Part shown: in pieces, positions 10,412 through 19,824 of the stretch
Layout of the letters: each line of letters starts with the position of its first letter
Numbering within the stretch: the first letter of the stretch is position 1
Source: Patescibacteria group bacterium
GTDB taxonomy: Bacteria; Patescibacteriota; Gracilibacteria; UBA1369
Assembly (NCBI GenBank): GCA_963169655.1
Contig: CAUJCM010000003.1
Span: forward strand, 31,741-95,740
Reading direction: 5' to 3'
DNA length: 64,000 nucleotides
The notes under the pieces: generated by a model
Seen by the model: the letters and a program-made list of their open reading frames with translations, nothing else
Databases searched by the model: none
What the model was told of the DNA's origin: nothing
Program-made: the position numbers and the translations under genes

Positions 10412-12886
10412 TTATTTAGGATTAAAACCTTGTCTTTCAAAATCTTTAAATTTATCCCCAAAATATTCTGGAGGAAAATATAAATTAAATAAAAGAGGCC
10501 AAGCACGAGAAGAACGATAAGAATGATGAGAAGTATTTGAATAGTCAGACAAATTATAAATAAGTAAAGATCTCAAATTCTGGCATTGAGTTTCAAGCAT
10601 AGTATCAACCATTTGAATTTTTCCATCTTTTAATTTTTCAGGAAAAGAAAAAATTTTTGCTATTGAAAACTCTTGTGTTTGTTTAAATTTTGACGAACTT
10701 TTACTTCGTTTTGGCACAAAATTTTTAGTAGAAATATTTCTATATTCTGCAGGATCATCAGCTTTAATTAAATCTCTAGCATGATTTGAATATAAAAATT
10801 CTCTAAAAACATTTAAGTCATCAGCATTTGAAAAAACTAACATCCATCTATTTTCATCACTCACTTCCTTTCCTCTATCTTCACTTACAATCCTTGCAAT
10901 TTCATCTTTTACATGAATATAGTGAGTATCTCCAGTATAAATTAAAGCCTCTATATACTTATAATCTTTACGCCCAAATTTATTTTTCTTTTTTTTATGA
11001 GTACTTTCCACAATAGGAATAAAAGGAATTTCTAATCTAACTTTTTTAAAATGTTTACTTTCTTTTGGATGAATTAAAAAATTTTTTCCATTCATATCTA
11101 AAAACTTTTGACCTGATTGAATTGAATCTAAACCAACTTTATTATTATCATTCAAAGAAAATTGTTGAATATTTTTATCATCAAAAATAACTTCATAATT
11201 AGGTTTTTCTAGCAATTGTCCATCCTCAGAAACTTCTTCTAACAAATAAAAATCAACATCAACTTCACTTAAATCCTTAATTTTTAATATTTTTTTAATA
11301 TATTTTTCTAATATATCTCTCCTTTCAGTAGCCTCAATAAATTTTTTATTACTTAATTTTTTACTAATTTTTAAAAAATCTCGTAAAAAAGCAGAACAGG
11401 CAAAAGTAATCTGATCTAATGGAGTATCTTTATATTTAGGAAAAGTATCTACAAAAAGTTTTGGATTATGAAACCATTCTAATAAAGTAGCCAAATCTCT
11501 TTGTTTTAAAATTTCTTCCGGATAAACACAAGCCTGATGGATATCAGTATCTCTACGGTACATTAATGCATCTCCCAAGGTTCTTCTAAATTTATCTTCT
11601 GCCTTTCTCAAACAATAGGCAAAATATTCTTCAACCTCTTTGTTATGTAATTTATTTAATAAAGGTGAATTATTTAATCCAAATATTTCTCTTATTTTTG
11701 AAACAAAAATTTGTCGATCTTCTTTAACTGTATTTATTAAAGTTTCTATATATCTCATCAATTGTGTAGTATAGTTTATCTGTGCTAAATTTTTTGGATC
11801 ATTTAATTTATGAAAAATATCTGGCTCTCTAATTTTAGAAACAGAATTTAATTTTTTAGAATAAAATTTAAATAATGCAGGTTTAATAAATTTGTCATGA
11901 AAAGCTTTAACATCAAAATTTTCTTCAAAAAATAAAACATCTCTTTTTTCTGAAATATCTTCTATTTTTGATTCTCCTAAAACATCTTTAATTTGATTTT
12001 TAATTTCTAAATTTAAAGAATGAAGTTTATGTTCCCTTGCATAAACTGCCATTTGCCTACTATCTGAATATAACCAATCATATAAAGTTTCACCATTCAT
12101 TCTATTTATTGAATACCCAACATTATCCAAGTATTTCATTAATGCCAAAAACTCCTTATAATCAAAAATCATCCGCTTATCTTGAACACTATACTTAATA
12201 ACTCTTCCCATAATATATGCCATCACAAATCCCCTCTTATCTTCACTAAATTTTTCAAAATAAGCTTCATTTGCAATTCTATCAATATTATCTTTAATTT
12301 TTTCCGACACCTTTTCGCGTAAGGTCATTTTTCTTTTTACACCATCTTCACCAGTTTCAATATATTCTTCTAAAAATAATTTACTGATAGACACATCAGG
12401 AGCATCATCTTTTTGTTGCTTAAAAAATTCAAATAAAGTTTCAGCACCAGTCAAATTATATCTTTCTAAAAAAAGTACAGTATTTAATAATACTTGCTTT
12501 TCCAAATTTCTTAATTGACCGTCTACCTGTTGATCACTATTTTGATCAAGATATTTTATATCACTATCGACAGAAATTAACGAATTTGCAAATTTAGTGG
12601 CAATTAAATCTGCTAAATTATTTTTCTTAAATCTATGAATAAATTCATCAAGATTTAATCTAAATTGGCTAAAAGCAACTTCCTTAATCATCCTTTTAAT
12701 TAAATCGCTTAACGACGCTCCTGGCGAATCAGTTTGAGCGTGTTCTCTTAATTTAAGATCAATATTTTTATCGTCATCATTTTCACAAGATCTAATCAAA
12801 AAACCAAACCTTACTTTTACTCTAGGATCAATATAATTTTCCGGCTTCTCTCCAAATTTATCTCTTAAATCAATTTCTATACTCAT
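10412..12886 (-). CDS. hypothetical cytoplasmic protein, 824 aa, no recognisable domain
   Basis: Long uninterrupted ORF with no signal peptide or TM. It sits upstream of, and co-oriented with, the surface-protein gene, and is divergent from the 13025 operon. Confidence 0.7.
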   Translation of the reverse strand: MSIEIDLRDKFGEKPENYIDPRVKVRFGFLIRSCENDDDKNIDLKLREHAQTDSPGASLSDLIKRMIKEVAFSQFRLNLDEFIHRFKKNNLADLIATKFANSLISVDSDIKYLDQNSDQQVDGQLRNLEKQVLLNTVLFLERYNLTGAETLFEFFKQQKDDAPDVSISKLFLEEYIETGEDGVKRKMTLREKVSEKIKDNIDRIANEAYFEKFSEDKRGFVMAYIMGRVIKYSVQDKRMIFDYKEFLALMKYLDNVGYSINRMNGETLYDWLYSDSRQMAVYAREHKLHSLNLEIKNQIKDVLGESKIEDISEKRDVLFFEENFDVKAFHDKFIKPALFKFYSKKLNSVSKIREPDIFHKLNDPKNLAQINYTTQLMRYIETLINTVKEDRQIFVSKIREIFGLNNSPLLNKLHNKEVEEYFAYCLRKAEDKFRRTLGDALMYRRDTDIHQACVYPEEILKQRDLATLLEWFHNPKLFVDTFPKYKDTPLDQITFACSAFLRDFLKISKKLSNKKFIEATERRDILEKYIKKILKIKDLSEVDVDFYLLEEVSEDGQLLEKPNYEVIFDDKNIQQFSLNDNNKVGLDSIQSGQKFLDMNGKNFLIHPKESKHFKKVRLEIPFIPIVESTHKKKKNKFGRKDYKYIEALIYTGDTHYIHVKDEIARIVSEDRGKEVSDENRWMLVFSNADDLNVFREFLYSNHARDLIKADDPAEYRNISTKNFVPKRSKSSSKFKQTQEFSIAKIFSFPEKLKDGKIQMVDTMLETQCQNLRSLLIYNLSDYSNTSHHSYRSSRAWPLLFNLYFPPEYFGDKFKDFERQGFNPK

Positions 12887-13024
12887 AAATGACTACACAA
12901 AATTTAAAGTACTTTTTAATTATATCACAAAAAATAAGTGTAATAAATGCAACTTATTAAACATAACACTTTACCAAAAAAGGAATTTAATATATAATAA
13001 CTAGATATATTTGAGTTTAAAAAA

Positions 13025-14164
13025 ATGACAAAACACCATAAAACCAGTGTATTTCTTGCAACAATTTTAACAATTTTAATACCTATTTCTATTGTCAATG
13101 CGTCATCTCTAGTAGTATCAAAAACAAAAAACTCAGATGACAGCAATAATCAAAATTGGTTCCGTTTTTTTGAAATACCTGGAACAAAAATAGAAGATTC
13201 AATAGTATTAATTAATACTAGTAAAGAAGTTCAAGACTTAAAAATATATGCTACTGATGCAACTTCTAATCAAGCAGGAAGCTTTACTCCAAAAATGTCT
13301 AATGAAGAACAAAAAGGCATTGGGGCTTGGACAATCCTTTCTCAAGATCATATAGTATTAAATCCAGGTGAACAAAAAGAAATAGATTTTATTATTAATA
13401 TTCCAAAAGATCTTCCACCTGGACAATATTTTGGCAGTATTATGAATGAAAACAGTCAATCAATAGAGAGCTGTCCAACAGAAAACCTCGTTGAAAATCA
13501 ATGCAAAAGCAATATTCACATTAAAACAAGAACTGGAAATAGAATTTATTTAAATATTCCAGGAGAAATTAAACAGGATATTAAATTAAACAGCTTCAAT
13601 TGGTCAAAAACAAATAATAATATCAATTTCAATTTTAGTTTTAGCAATAATGGAAATGTTGCATTTCAGCCAAAAGTAACGATCAATATTTATAATTCTT
13701 GGGGAAAGAAAATAGATAGTATTGAAGAAAATCTTGGTAAATCACTTCCTAACACTACGATCACTCCCATCATCAATTGGAATCCAAAAGGCCAATTTGG
13801 TAATTTAACAGCAAAAGCCAATATTATTTATTTACAAGAAAATTTAGGACAAATCGATAATTTACATGGATCTTCTTTAAGTGAAATAGCAAACTTAAAA
13901 TTTTATATTATTCCTTGGAATATAATTTTAGTATTACTATTCATTTTAATTAGCTTCTCTCTTGGCTTGGTTTACAGAAACTTATATATCAAAAATTTAA
14001 TAAATAACTCAATAATTTATACAGTAAAAGAAAATGATAATTTAATTGATATTGCAAAAAAACACCAAACCAAATGGCAGTTAATAGCAAAATTAAATAA
14101 AATCTCCCCTCCCTTTATATTAAAAACTAAGCAAAAAATAAAAATTCCACAAAACAAAAAATAA
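13025..14164 (+). CDS. DUF916/DUF3324-like (CscA-like) surface anchor with a C-terminal TM followed by a LysM domain
   Basis: Signal peptide. Motifs GAWTIL..VLNPGEQKEIDFIINIPKDLPPGQYFGS and RTGNRIYLNIPGE. TM IILVLLFILISFSLGLVY. LysM YTVKENDNLIDIAKKHQTKWQLIAKLNKI...KIKIP. Confidence 0.6.
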   Translation: MTKHHKTSVFLATILTILIPISIVNASSLVVSKTKNSDDSNNQNWFRFFEIPGTKIEDSIVLINTSKEVQDLKIYATDATSNQAGSFTPKMSNEEQKGIGAWTILSQDHIVLNPGEQKEIDFIINIPKDLPPGQYFGSIMNENSQSIESCPTENLVENQCKSNIHIKTRTGNRIYLNIPGEIKQDIKLNSFNWSKTNNNINFNFSFSNNGNVAFQPKVTINIYNSWGKKIDSIEENLGKSLPNTTITPIINWNPKGQFGNLTAKANIIYLQENLGQIDNLHGSSLSEIANLKFYIIPWNIILVLLFILISFSLGLVYRNLYIKNLINNSIIYTVKENDNLIDIAKKHQTKWQLIAKLNKISPPFILKTKQKIKIPQNKK

Positions 14165-14165
14165 T

Positions 14166-17100
14166 ATGACTAGTCAAAATAAAATATCAAAAATTATTTT
14201 AGGAGCAATCATAATAACCAGCACCTTAATTTCTGGAAGTATTTCATTAGCTGACGCAAACTTAATAAAAGATGCAAAAAATTTTTATGATAATAGTCCA
14301 GAAAAAATAAATAGTTTTACATTGCCATTTACAACAGAACCAATTGCAAGTGCTGTTGACACCACAGGAAATATGGCCTTTGTCTGGGCAGATAACACAG
14401 GTGCAATAGATAGTTGTAAATCCATATACTTTCAAATATATAATTACAATGGTATTCCAATTACAGGCCATGAAGAATTAACTGGAAGTTGTCATATTGA
14501 TAATTTATATAAAGATCCAAAAATAATATTTACTAAGAATGGACTAGCAATAACCTATTATTCTTATTTATATGATGGATTACAATCTTATCCAAACATC
14601 AATATACAATTTTATAATACAGATACTGACACAATAAGCGCCCCAATAATAATAAATGATTATACTATAAATGATTATAATGAAATAAAATCCCCACAAT
14701 TCGCGATAGAAAATGAGGATAAAAATATAATTGGTATAGTTTGGGTTGGTTGCCCAGACATAACCTGTACAGAAGAAAAAATAATGTATCAAAATATAAA
14801 TTTAGATGGGAATAAACCTAATCCTAACAATAAAGTCATTAGTGAAAATAGCACTAATTATGAAGTAGCCAACCCTAGAATTGCTGATAGTGGAATATTA
14901 TTTATGATTACATGGACTCAGTTTGATAATGCTGAGACAACAATCAATTCTAAAGCTATTAATGCTCATGATCCTGATAAAGTCACTAATGAAATAGAAA
15001 TAACTCAAAATAATTTTATATCAAACCCATCACGTTATGTTTTAAGAAGCGATATTGTTGGAAATAATATTTTTCCTCCTGCTAAATATTCAATTGAGAA
15101 TAATGAAGCAAAATGGCTAGACACCTTTTTTATCGTTTATGATGATTTAAGTAGTATAGATAATAGCAAAAGCATTTATCTTAAAAAGATATCATGTATT
15201 ACTACAATGTCTTTACTCAATGGACAGCCAAGCCATAATTGTTCAGTAGCCACAAAAAATTCTAAGGAGATTATAATTAGAATAAACACAACTACGGAAA
15301 ACAATATAATGCCAGCAATTGCAAAATCACAAAAACAATTATTCAAAGACGATCAAAATGATGGAAAATTAAGGTTAGACAATATTGCAAATACAATAAC
15401 TGTCACCTGGGTACAAGCAGATCTTTTAAAAGCGGAATTTCCTATTTATCATTTAATAGCTCAAAATTATGATAGCAATTTAAAAAAACTTGGAAATCAT
15501 TTTATGATTCATTCAGGTATTAATGACGTTAATACAACGTATACATTAAGTAAATTTGCACCAAACAATTTTTTAATAAATTTTAGAAGCCTAGTCGTAT
15601 GTCCAGATTCAAACTGGTCTTGCGACTATGTTGATGATATCAGAGGAGGATATAATAATTACAAAAACCAAGCAGAATTATATAATAATATTAATTTTAA
15701 AGTAGGAACAAATATTCCAGTAAATCCACCAACTAACCTAATACAACAATCACCACAAACAGCATTAAATAGCGATGGAAAATATGTAATTGTGTACACA
15801 CAATTAAATGACGATGATTCTTTTTCCTCCTTCTATACTCTATACGACAATTTTGGAAATAGTATTATAGCCAATCAACCCGTATCTAATACTTTAACAG
15901 GTGACCAATCATTTCCACGAGTAAAATTTTTTAATGAAAACAAGGATTCTTCTAATTATGGAAAATTTATTATTACATGGGAAGGAGAAGGTAGCGGTGA
16001 TAATGATGGTATTTTTTATAGAATATTCAAAGCAGATGGAACGCCTGATACTACAGAAACATTAATTAATACAAATACCAACCAAATACAATCAGGATAT
16101 GACTTAAGTGTTGGTGAATATGGTCAAATAGCAATCGTATATACAGAAAAAAATGTCGACCTTATAACAAATGATTTGTATCTTTATTATAATAATAATG
16201 GAACTATAATAAGAAAAAACATCGTAAATTCTTCAGAAATTTTAGTCACACCAAAATTTTCTCCTAAAATTGCACTAAATCCAAAAGCAGATGGAAGTAC
16301 AGGACTAGCAGGTCAAACAAAATTTGTTATAGGCTGGAATACTGAAGACATTGGTCACAATTTTTTTACATATTTTCAAGAAGGCTACCTACAATCTTCT
16401 TCAGTAATTAATTTATTGGGATCACCTTCACACATTGGTAACTTAATAAAAGATTTAGAAGGCGGATATAATGACCAAATAACAACAAAAATAAATACCG
16501 CAAATGACAATTTTTTTTACGGAGCTATTATATTTGATAATAATCAATATCTCGTCAAAGCTAAAATATTTAATTCAAATTATGTATTAGACATACCGAA
16601 TAAATCAACCCGAGCTAGTGAGCTATCCATAGATCCTGCAACTGGAAATATTGCTGTAATTGGAACAATCAGTAACACTTATAATAACCTATGGAACAAA
16701 AAAAATACAATACTTAGAGAAACAACAATTCTCAATCCTTTTTACCCTTTATATGGAGGAAGTGATGAAAAAAACAAAGAAATAATTATAGCTCATGATG
16801 ATTTAAGTATATATAGCAAAATATTAGATGTTAGTACCAGTTATTATGCCGCAATACTTAATAATATTATAGGAGAGTTCGCCCCATTTGATTTATTTAA
16901 GATTTTTATAAAAACTGATACTTTTGGAGTAATGCCTTCTCAACAATTATTCTTCACAAATTCTAATGACATAGATAATTTTCAAGAATACGATTTAATT
17001 CAAGGAAATTTTTCTGGTGCAAGTGGTACAGTTCTATATAAACATCAATCTGCTAATCCTGGTGAAAGTTTTCTAATTGTAGAACTAGACAATGGTAGTC

Positions 17101-18185
17101 CTTTTTTTGACAATATTGATACTATTACTAATCAAACTGATTTTGCCAATGTAGACAGCACAATTGAAGGATATATCCTATATTTTTATGAAGAAGGGTG
17201 GGATTCAAATAATCACAACAAAATATATACTCCAGGATTCGCAGAATCCGGAGAAATAGTTCAAATTATTTCAAGCTATCAAGTATTTATTAAAACAAAT
17301 GATGTATTTCCACCATTTGACCCTGTTGTAGTTTATGCAGGCGAAATAGCAAATCATAATGATGTAGCATTTTATCCAATAATAACCTTAAGTACATTAA
17401 GTTTCATAGAACCCGATGTATTCAATCAACTTGCTGAAACAACTCTTAAATGGCTAGAAGAAACAACTAAGCTATATCCATCAAAATATAATGATTATGG
17501 TCAACTCACTGCAACCACAAGTATAAGCTATAATACTAGTTCAGAAGATATTAATGAACAAAGAATAATAACTGCATTCAATTCTTATATACCGCCACTT
17601 AATATTAATCTGTTTCATCATCCAGATTATAATGGGGTATATCAACAAATTTTTGCTAATCCATATAATCTAGGAGAAAGTCAAAATTCATCACCAATAA
17701 CTACACAACAAATCAATCCAGGTGGAAAATATATTCAAGTTCCTGAATTAATTACATTTAATCAAAATTTAGAAAAACAACAAAGTTATAGCGTAAATTT
17801 TTATGATATAGATAATAACTGTATTACAATTACTGACCTCGACGGATCAGAATTTGATTTAACAGTTTCAATGACAAACTTAACAAATAATACAGACATT
17901 AATAATCCAAAAACAATTTCTAATAGCAATTTCGAAATAGAAAATAATGATGGAGTTAGAGATGAAATTACAATAAATCAAGCATTTTCAAATATAAATG
18001 ATGTATCTCTAGATCCTTCAACAAATATAAGTCAGCACGCAACACTCGATACTGTACAAACATTATTAAATAAAAATAATAAAAACACCGGTTCTTGGAA
18101 AATTTGTCCAAAATTAATATTTAATGTACCAGCAAGCGCTCCAATGGGAACAGCTAATGGGAGTTTAACATTTACTATAATATAA
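14166..18185 (+). CDS. giant secreted protein (1339 aa) with about 10 propeller-like repeats and a WxL-like C-terminal module
   Basis: Signal peptide. Recurrent blade motif (FVWADNTG..IYFQIYNYNG, IITWEGEGSGDNDGIFYRIFKADG and others). The C-terminus has YIQVPELITFNQ, CITITDLDGSEFDLTVSMTNL and GTANGSLTFTII. Confidence 0.6.
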   Translation: MTSQNKISKIILGAIIITSTLISGSISLADANLIKDAKNFYDNSPEKINSFTLPFTTEPIASAVDTTGNMAFVWADNTGAIDSCKSIYFQIYNYNGIPITGHEELTGSCHIDNLYKDPKIIFTKNGLAITYYSYLYDGLQSYPNINIQFYNTDTDTISAPIIINDYTINDYNEIKSPQFAIENEDKNIIGIVWVGCPDITCTEEKIMYQNINLDGNKPNPNNKVISENSTNYEVANPRIADSGILFMITWTQFDNAETTINSKAINAHDPDKVTNEIEITQNNFISNPSRYVLRSDIVGNNIFPPAKYSIENNEAKWLDTFFIVYDDLSSIDNSKSIYLKKISCITTMSLLNGQPSHNCSVATKNSKEIIIRINTTTENNIMPAIAKSQKQLFKDDQNDGKLRLDNIANTITVTWVQADLLKAEFPIYHLIAQNYDSNLKKLGNHFMIHSGINDVNTTYTLSKFAPNNFLINFRSLVVCPDSNWSCDYVDDIRGGYNNYKNQAELYNNINFKVGTNIPVNPPTNLIQQSPQTALNSDGKYVIVYTQLNDDDSFSSFYTLYDNFGNSIIANQPVSNTLTGDQSFPRVKFFNENKDSSNYGKFIITWEGEGSGDNDGIFYRIFKADGTPDTTETLINTNTNQIQSGYDLSVGEYGQIAIVYTEKNVDLITNDLYLYYNNNGTIIRKNIVNSSEILVTPKFSPKIALNPKADGSTGLAGQTKFVIGWNTEDIGHNFFTYFQEGYLQSSSVINLLGSPSHIGNLIKDLEGGYNDQITTKINTANDNFFYGAIIFDNNQYLVKAKIFNSNYVLDIPNKSTRASELSIDPATGNIAVIGTISNTYNNLWNKKNTILRETTILNPFYPLYGGSDEKNKEIIIAHDDLSIYSKILDVSTSYYAAILNNIIGEFAPFDLFKIFIKTDTFGVMPSQQLFFTNSNDIDNFQEYDLIQGNFSGASGTVLYKHQSANPGESFLIVELDNGSPFFDNIDTITNQTDFANVDSTIEGYILYFYEEGWDSNNHNKIYTPGFAESGEIVQIISSYQVFIKTNDVFPPFDPVVVYAGEIANHNDVAFYPIITLSTLSFIEPDVFNQLAETTLKWLEETTKLYPSKYNDYGQLTATTSISYNTSSEDINEQRIITAFNSYIPPLNINLFHHPDYNGVYQQIFANPYNLGESQNSSPITTQQINPGGKYIQVPELITFNQNLEKQQSYSVNFYDIDNNCITITDLDGSEFDLTVSMTNLTNNTDINNPKTISNSNFEIENNDGVRDEITINQAFSNINDVSLDPSTNISQHATLDTVQTLLNKNNKNTGSWKICPKLIFNVPASAPMGTANGSLTFTII

Positions 18186-18802
18186 TGAATAAAACAACAA
18201 TATTCATCATAGGTTTACTAAATTTAATCTGGGTAAGTACCAGCACTGCCAACTCCCCTAGTTTCACTTCATATCCAGAAGATATATCAAATGGAAATTG
18301 GATAATAAAAAATGTTAATCCAGGCAAAAATTATTATGAGAAACTAATTGTTAAAAATTTAGAAAATGAAACAATACAATTAAATTTAAAATTTAATGAA
18401 TTTATCGAAAACAACAAAAATATCCAATTATTAGAAAATCAAAAATATTTAAATATTGGCAATTGGATAAGCCCAACAAGTCAAACAATACAATTATTAC
18501 CTTATGAAACAAAAAGAATTAGTTTTGAAATAAAAATACCAAAACAAACCTTAGAAAAACAATATCAAGGTGCATTTTTAATCTCTAAACAATTATCACA
18601 AAATAATTCATTTAATATTAATACCAGAATAGGAAATAGAATTTATTTAAATGTTACCAACAACAACCTATTAGAAAATAACATTTTTAATCTTCCAATC
18701 AGCAAAACTAATTTATTATTTATATTTATAAGTATTCTTATGCTCGGATATTCTCTATTTCACTCAAAACGATTAATCAAAAATAAAAATTATGAAAGAT
18801 AA
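18185..18802 (+). CDS. short DUF916-like surface anchor (signal peptide, beta domain, C-terminal TM)
   Basis: NIGNWISP..LLPYETKRISFEIKIPKQ..YQGAFLIS, then RIGNRIYLNV, then TM LLFIFISILMLGYSLF. TAATG overlap with the upstream gene. Confidence 0.55.
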   Translation: MNKTTIFIIGLLNLIWVSTSTANSPSFTSYPEDISNGNWIIKNVNPGKNYYEKLIVKNLENETIQLNLKFNEFIENNKNIQLLENQKYLNIGNWISPTSQTIQLLPYETKRISFEIKIPKQTLEKQYQGAFLISKQLSQNNSFNINTRIGNRIYLNVTNNNLLENNIFNLPISKTNLLFIFISILMLGYSLFHSKRLIKNKNYER

Positions 18803-19823
18803 AATTATTAAAAACATAACAACAATATTAGGAGTATGTATCTTATTTATAAACACAACTCCTATATTTGCTCAAATATTAGAAATTCAAATCATTGGAG
18901 CTGGTTATAAAGTCTTAACACCAACACAATTAAATTTTCCAATAATCAATACAGGGACTGAAAATACAACGACAAATATTAAAACTAGAAATGTCTTTCT
19001 AGAAAAAGACAAATCAAATCAAAATAGATATGGATTTCAAGTAATAGATGAGAATGGAGGAAATCCATTTGATGTACTAATAACAACTGATGAATTTAAA
19101 ATATCCGAAACAACTAAAACCATTCAAGGAAGCAACAATAAAATTCTAAAAGTAGCTTCTACAGAATTTTTTGAAATTGGAAATAAAATTTTAATTCCAA
19201 GTGTTTTTAACAATACAGAGTTTACAATTAATACAATAAACCACCCTGATACAATAGAAATTGCAGAAAATGAGGATTTATCTATTGTTCCAGATAATAC
19301 AAACATTATAAAAATTATAAACTGCAATGATAGTCCAAAAAAATGTATATCATTGAATAATTTTTCAATTAAAAACAGCGACGGAATAAATCCTGAATTT
19401 AATACATTAAATGGAAATGAAAATGATTTACAATTACATTCATCAACAGATTCATTTATTACATTTAAAGGAAAAGCAATAACAACAACAGGATCTATTA
19501 ATCAAATACTGAATGTAGAAAATACAAACAATCTATTTGTAGGAGAAGAAATTATTTTTCCTAGTGATAGTGGGGTAAATCCACTCACCAACAAAATAAC
19601 AGAAATATCCTCCCCTACCTCATTTAAAGTTGAAACAAGTTTTATAGATCCGCCAACTGACGGGATTGAATTATATTCAAAAAACATTCGCACACTGACC
19701 CTTGCAAATAGTACGGGTGAAGAACCTGGTATTTTCGAAATATATCCTGTTTTACAGTTAGTTGTTCCAGCAGGACAAAAAAATGGATTATATCAAACAA
19801 CATTAAATCTTACTATACTCTAA
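18792..19823 (+). CDS. secreted protein with WxL-like motifs
   Basis: Signal peptide. LTPTQLNFPIINTG, GFQVIDENGGNPFDVLITTDEF, C-terminal GLYQTTLNLTIL. 11-nt overlap with the upstream gene. Confidence 0.5.
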   Translation: MKDKIIKNITTILGVCILFINTTPIFAQILEIQIIGAGYKVLTPTQLNFPIINTGTENTTTNIKTRNVFLEKDKSNQNRYGFQVIDENGGNPFDVLITTDEFKISETTKTIQGSNNKILKVASTEFFEIGNKILIPSVFNNTEFTINTINHPDTIEIAENEDLSIVPDNTNIIKIINCNDSPKKCISLNNFSIKNSDGINPEFNTLNGNENDLQLHSSTDSFITFKGKAITTTGSINQILNVENTNNLFVGEEIIFPSDSGVNPLTNKITEISSPTSFKVETSFIDPPTDGIELYSKNIRTLTLANSTGEEPGIFEIYPVLQLVVPAGQKNGLYQTTLNLTIL

Positions 19824-19824
19824 A

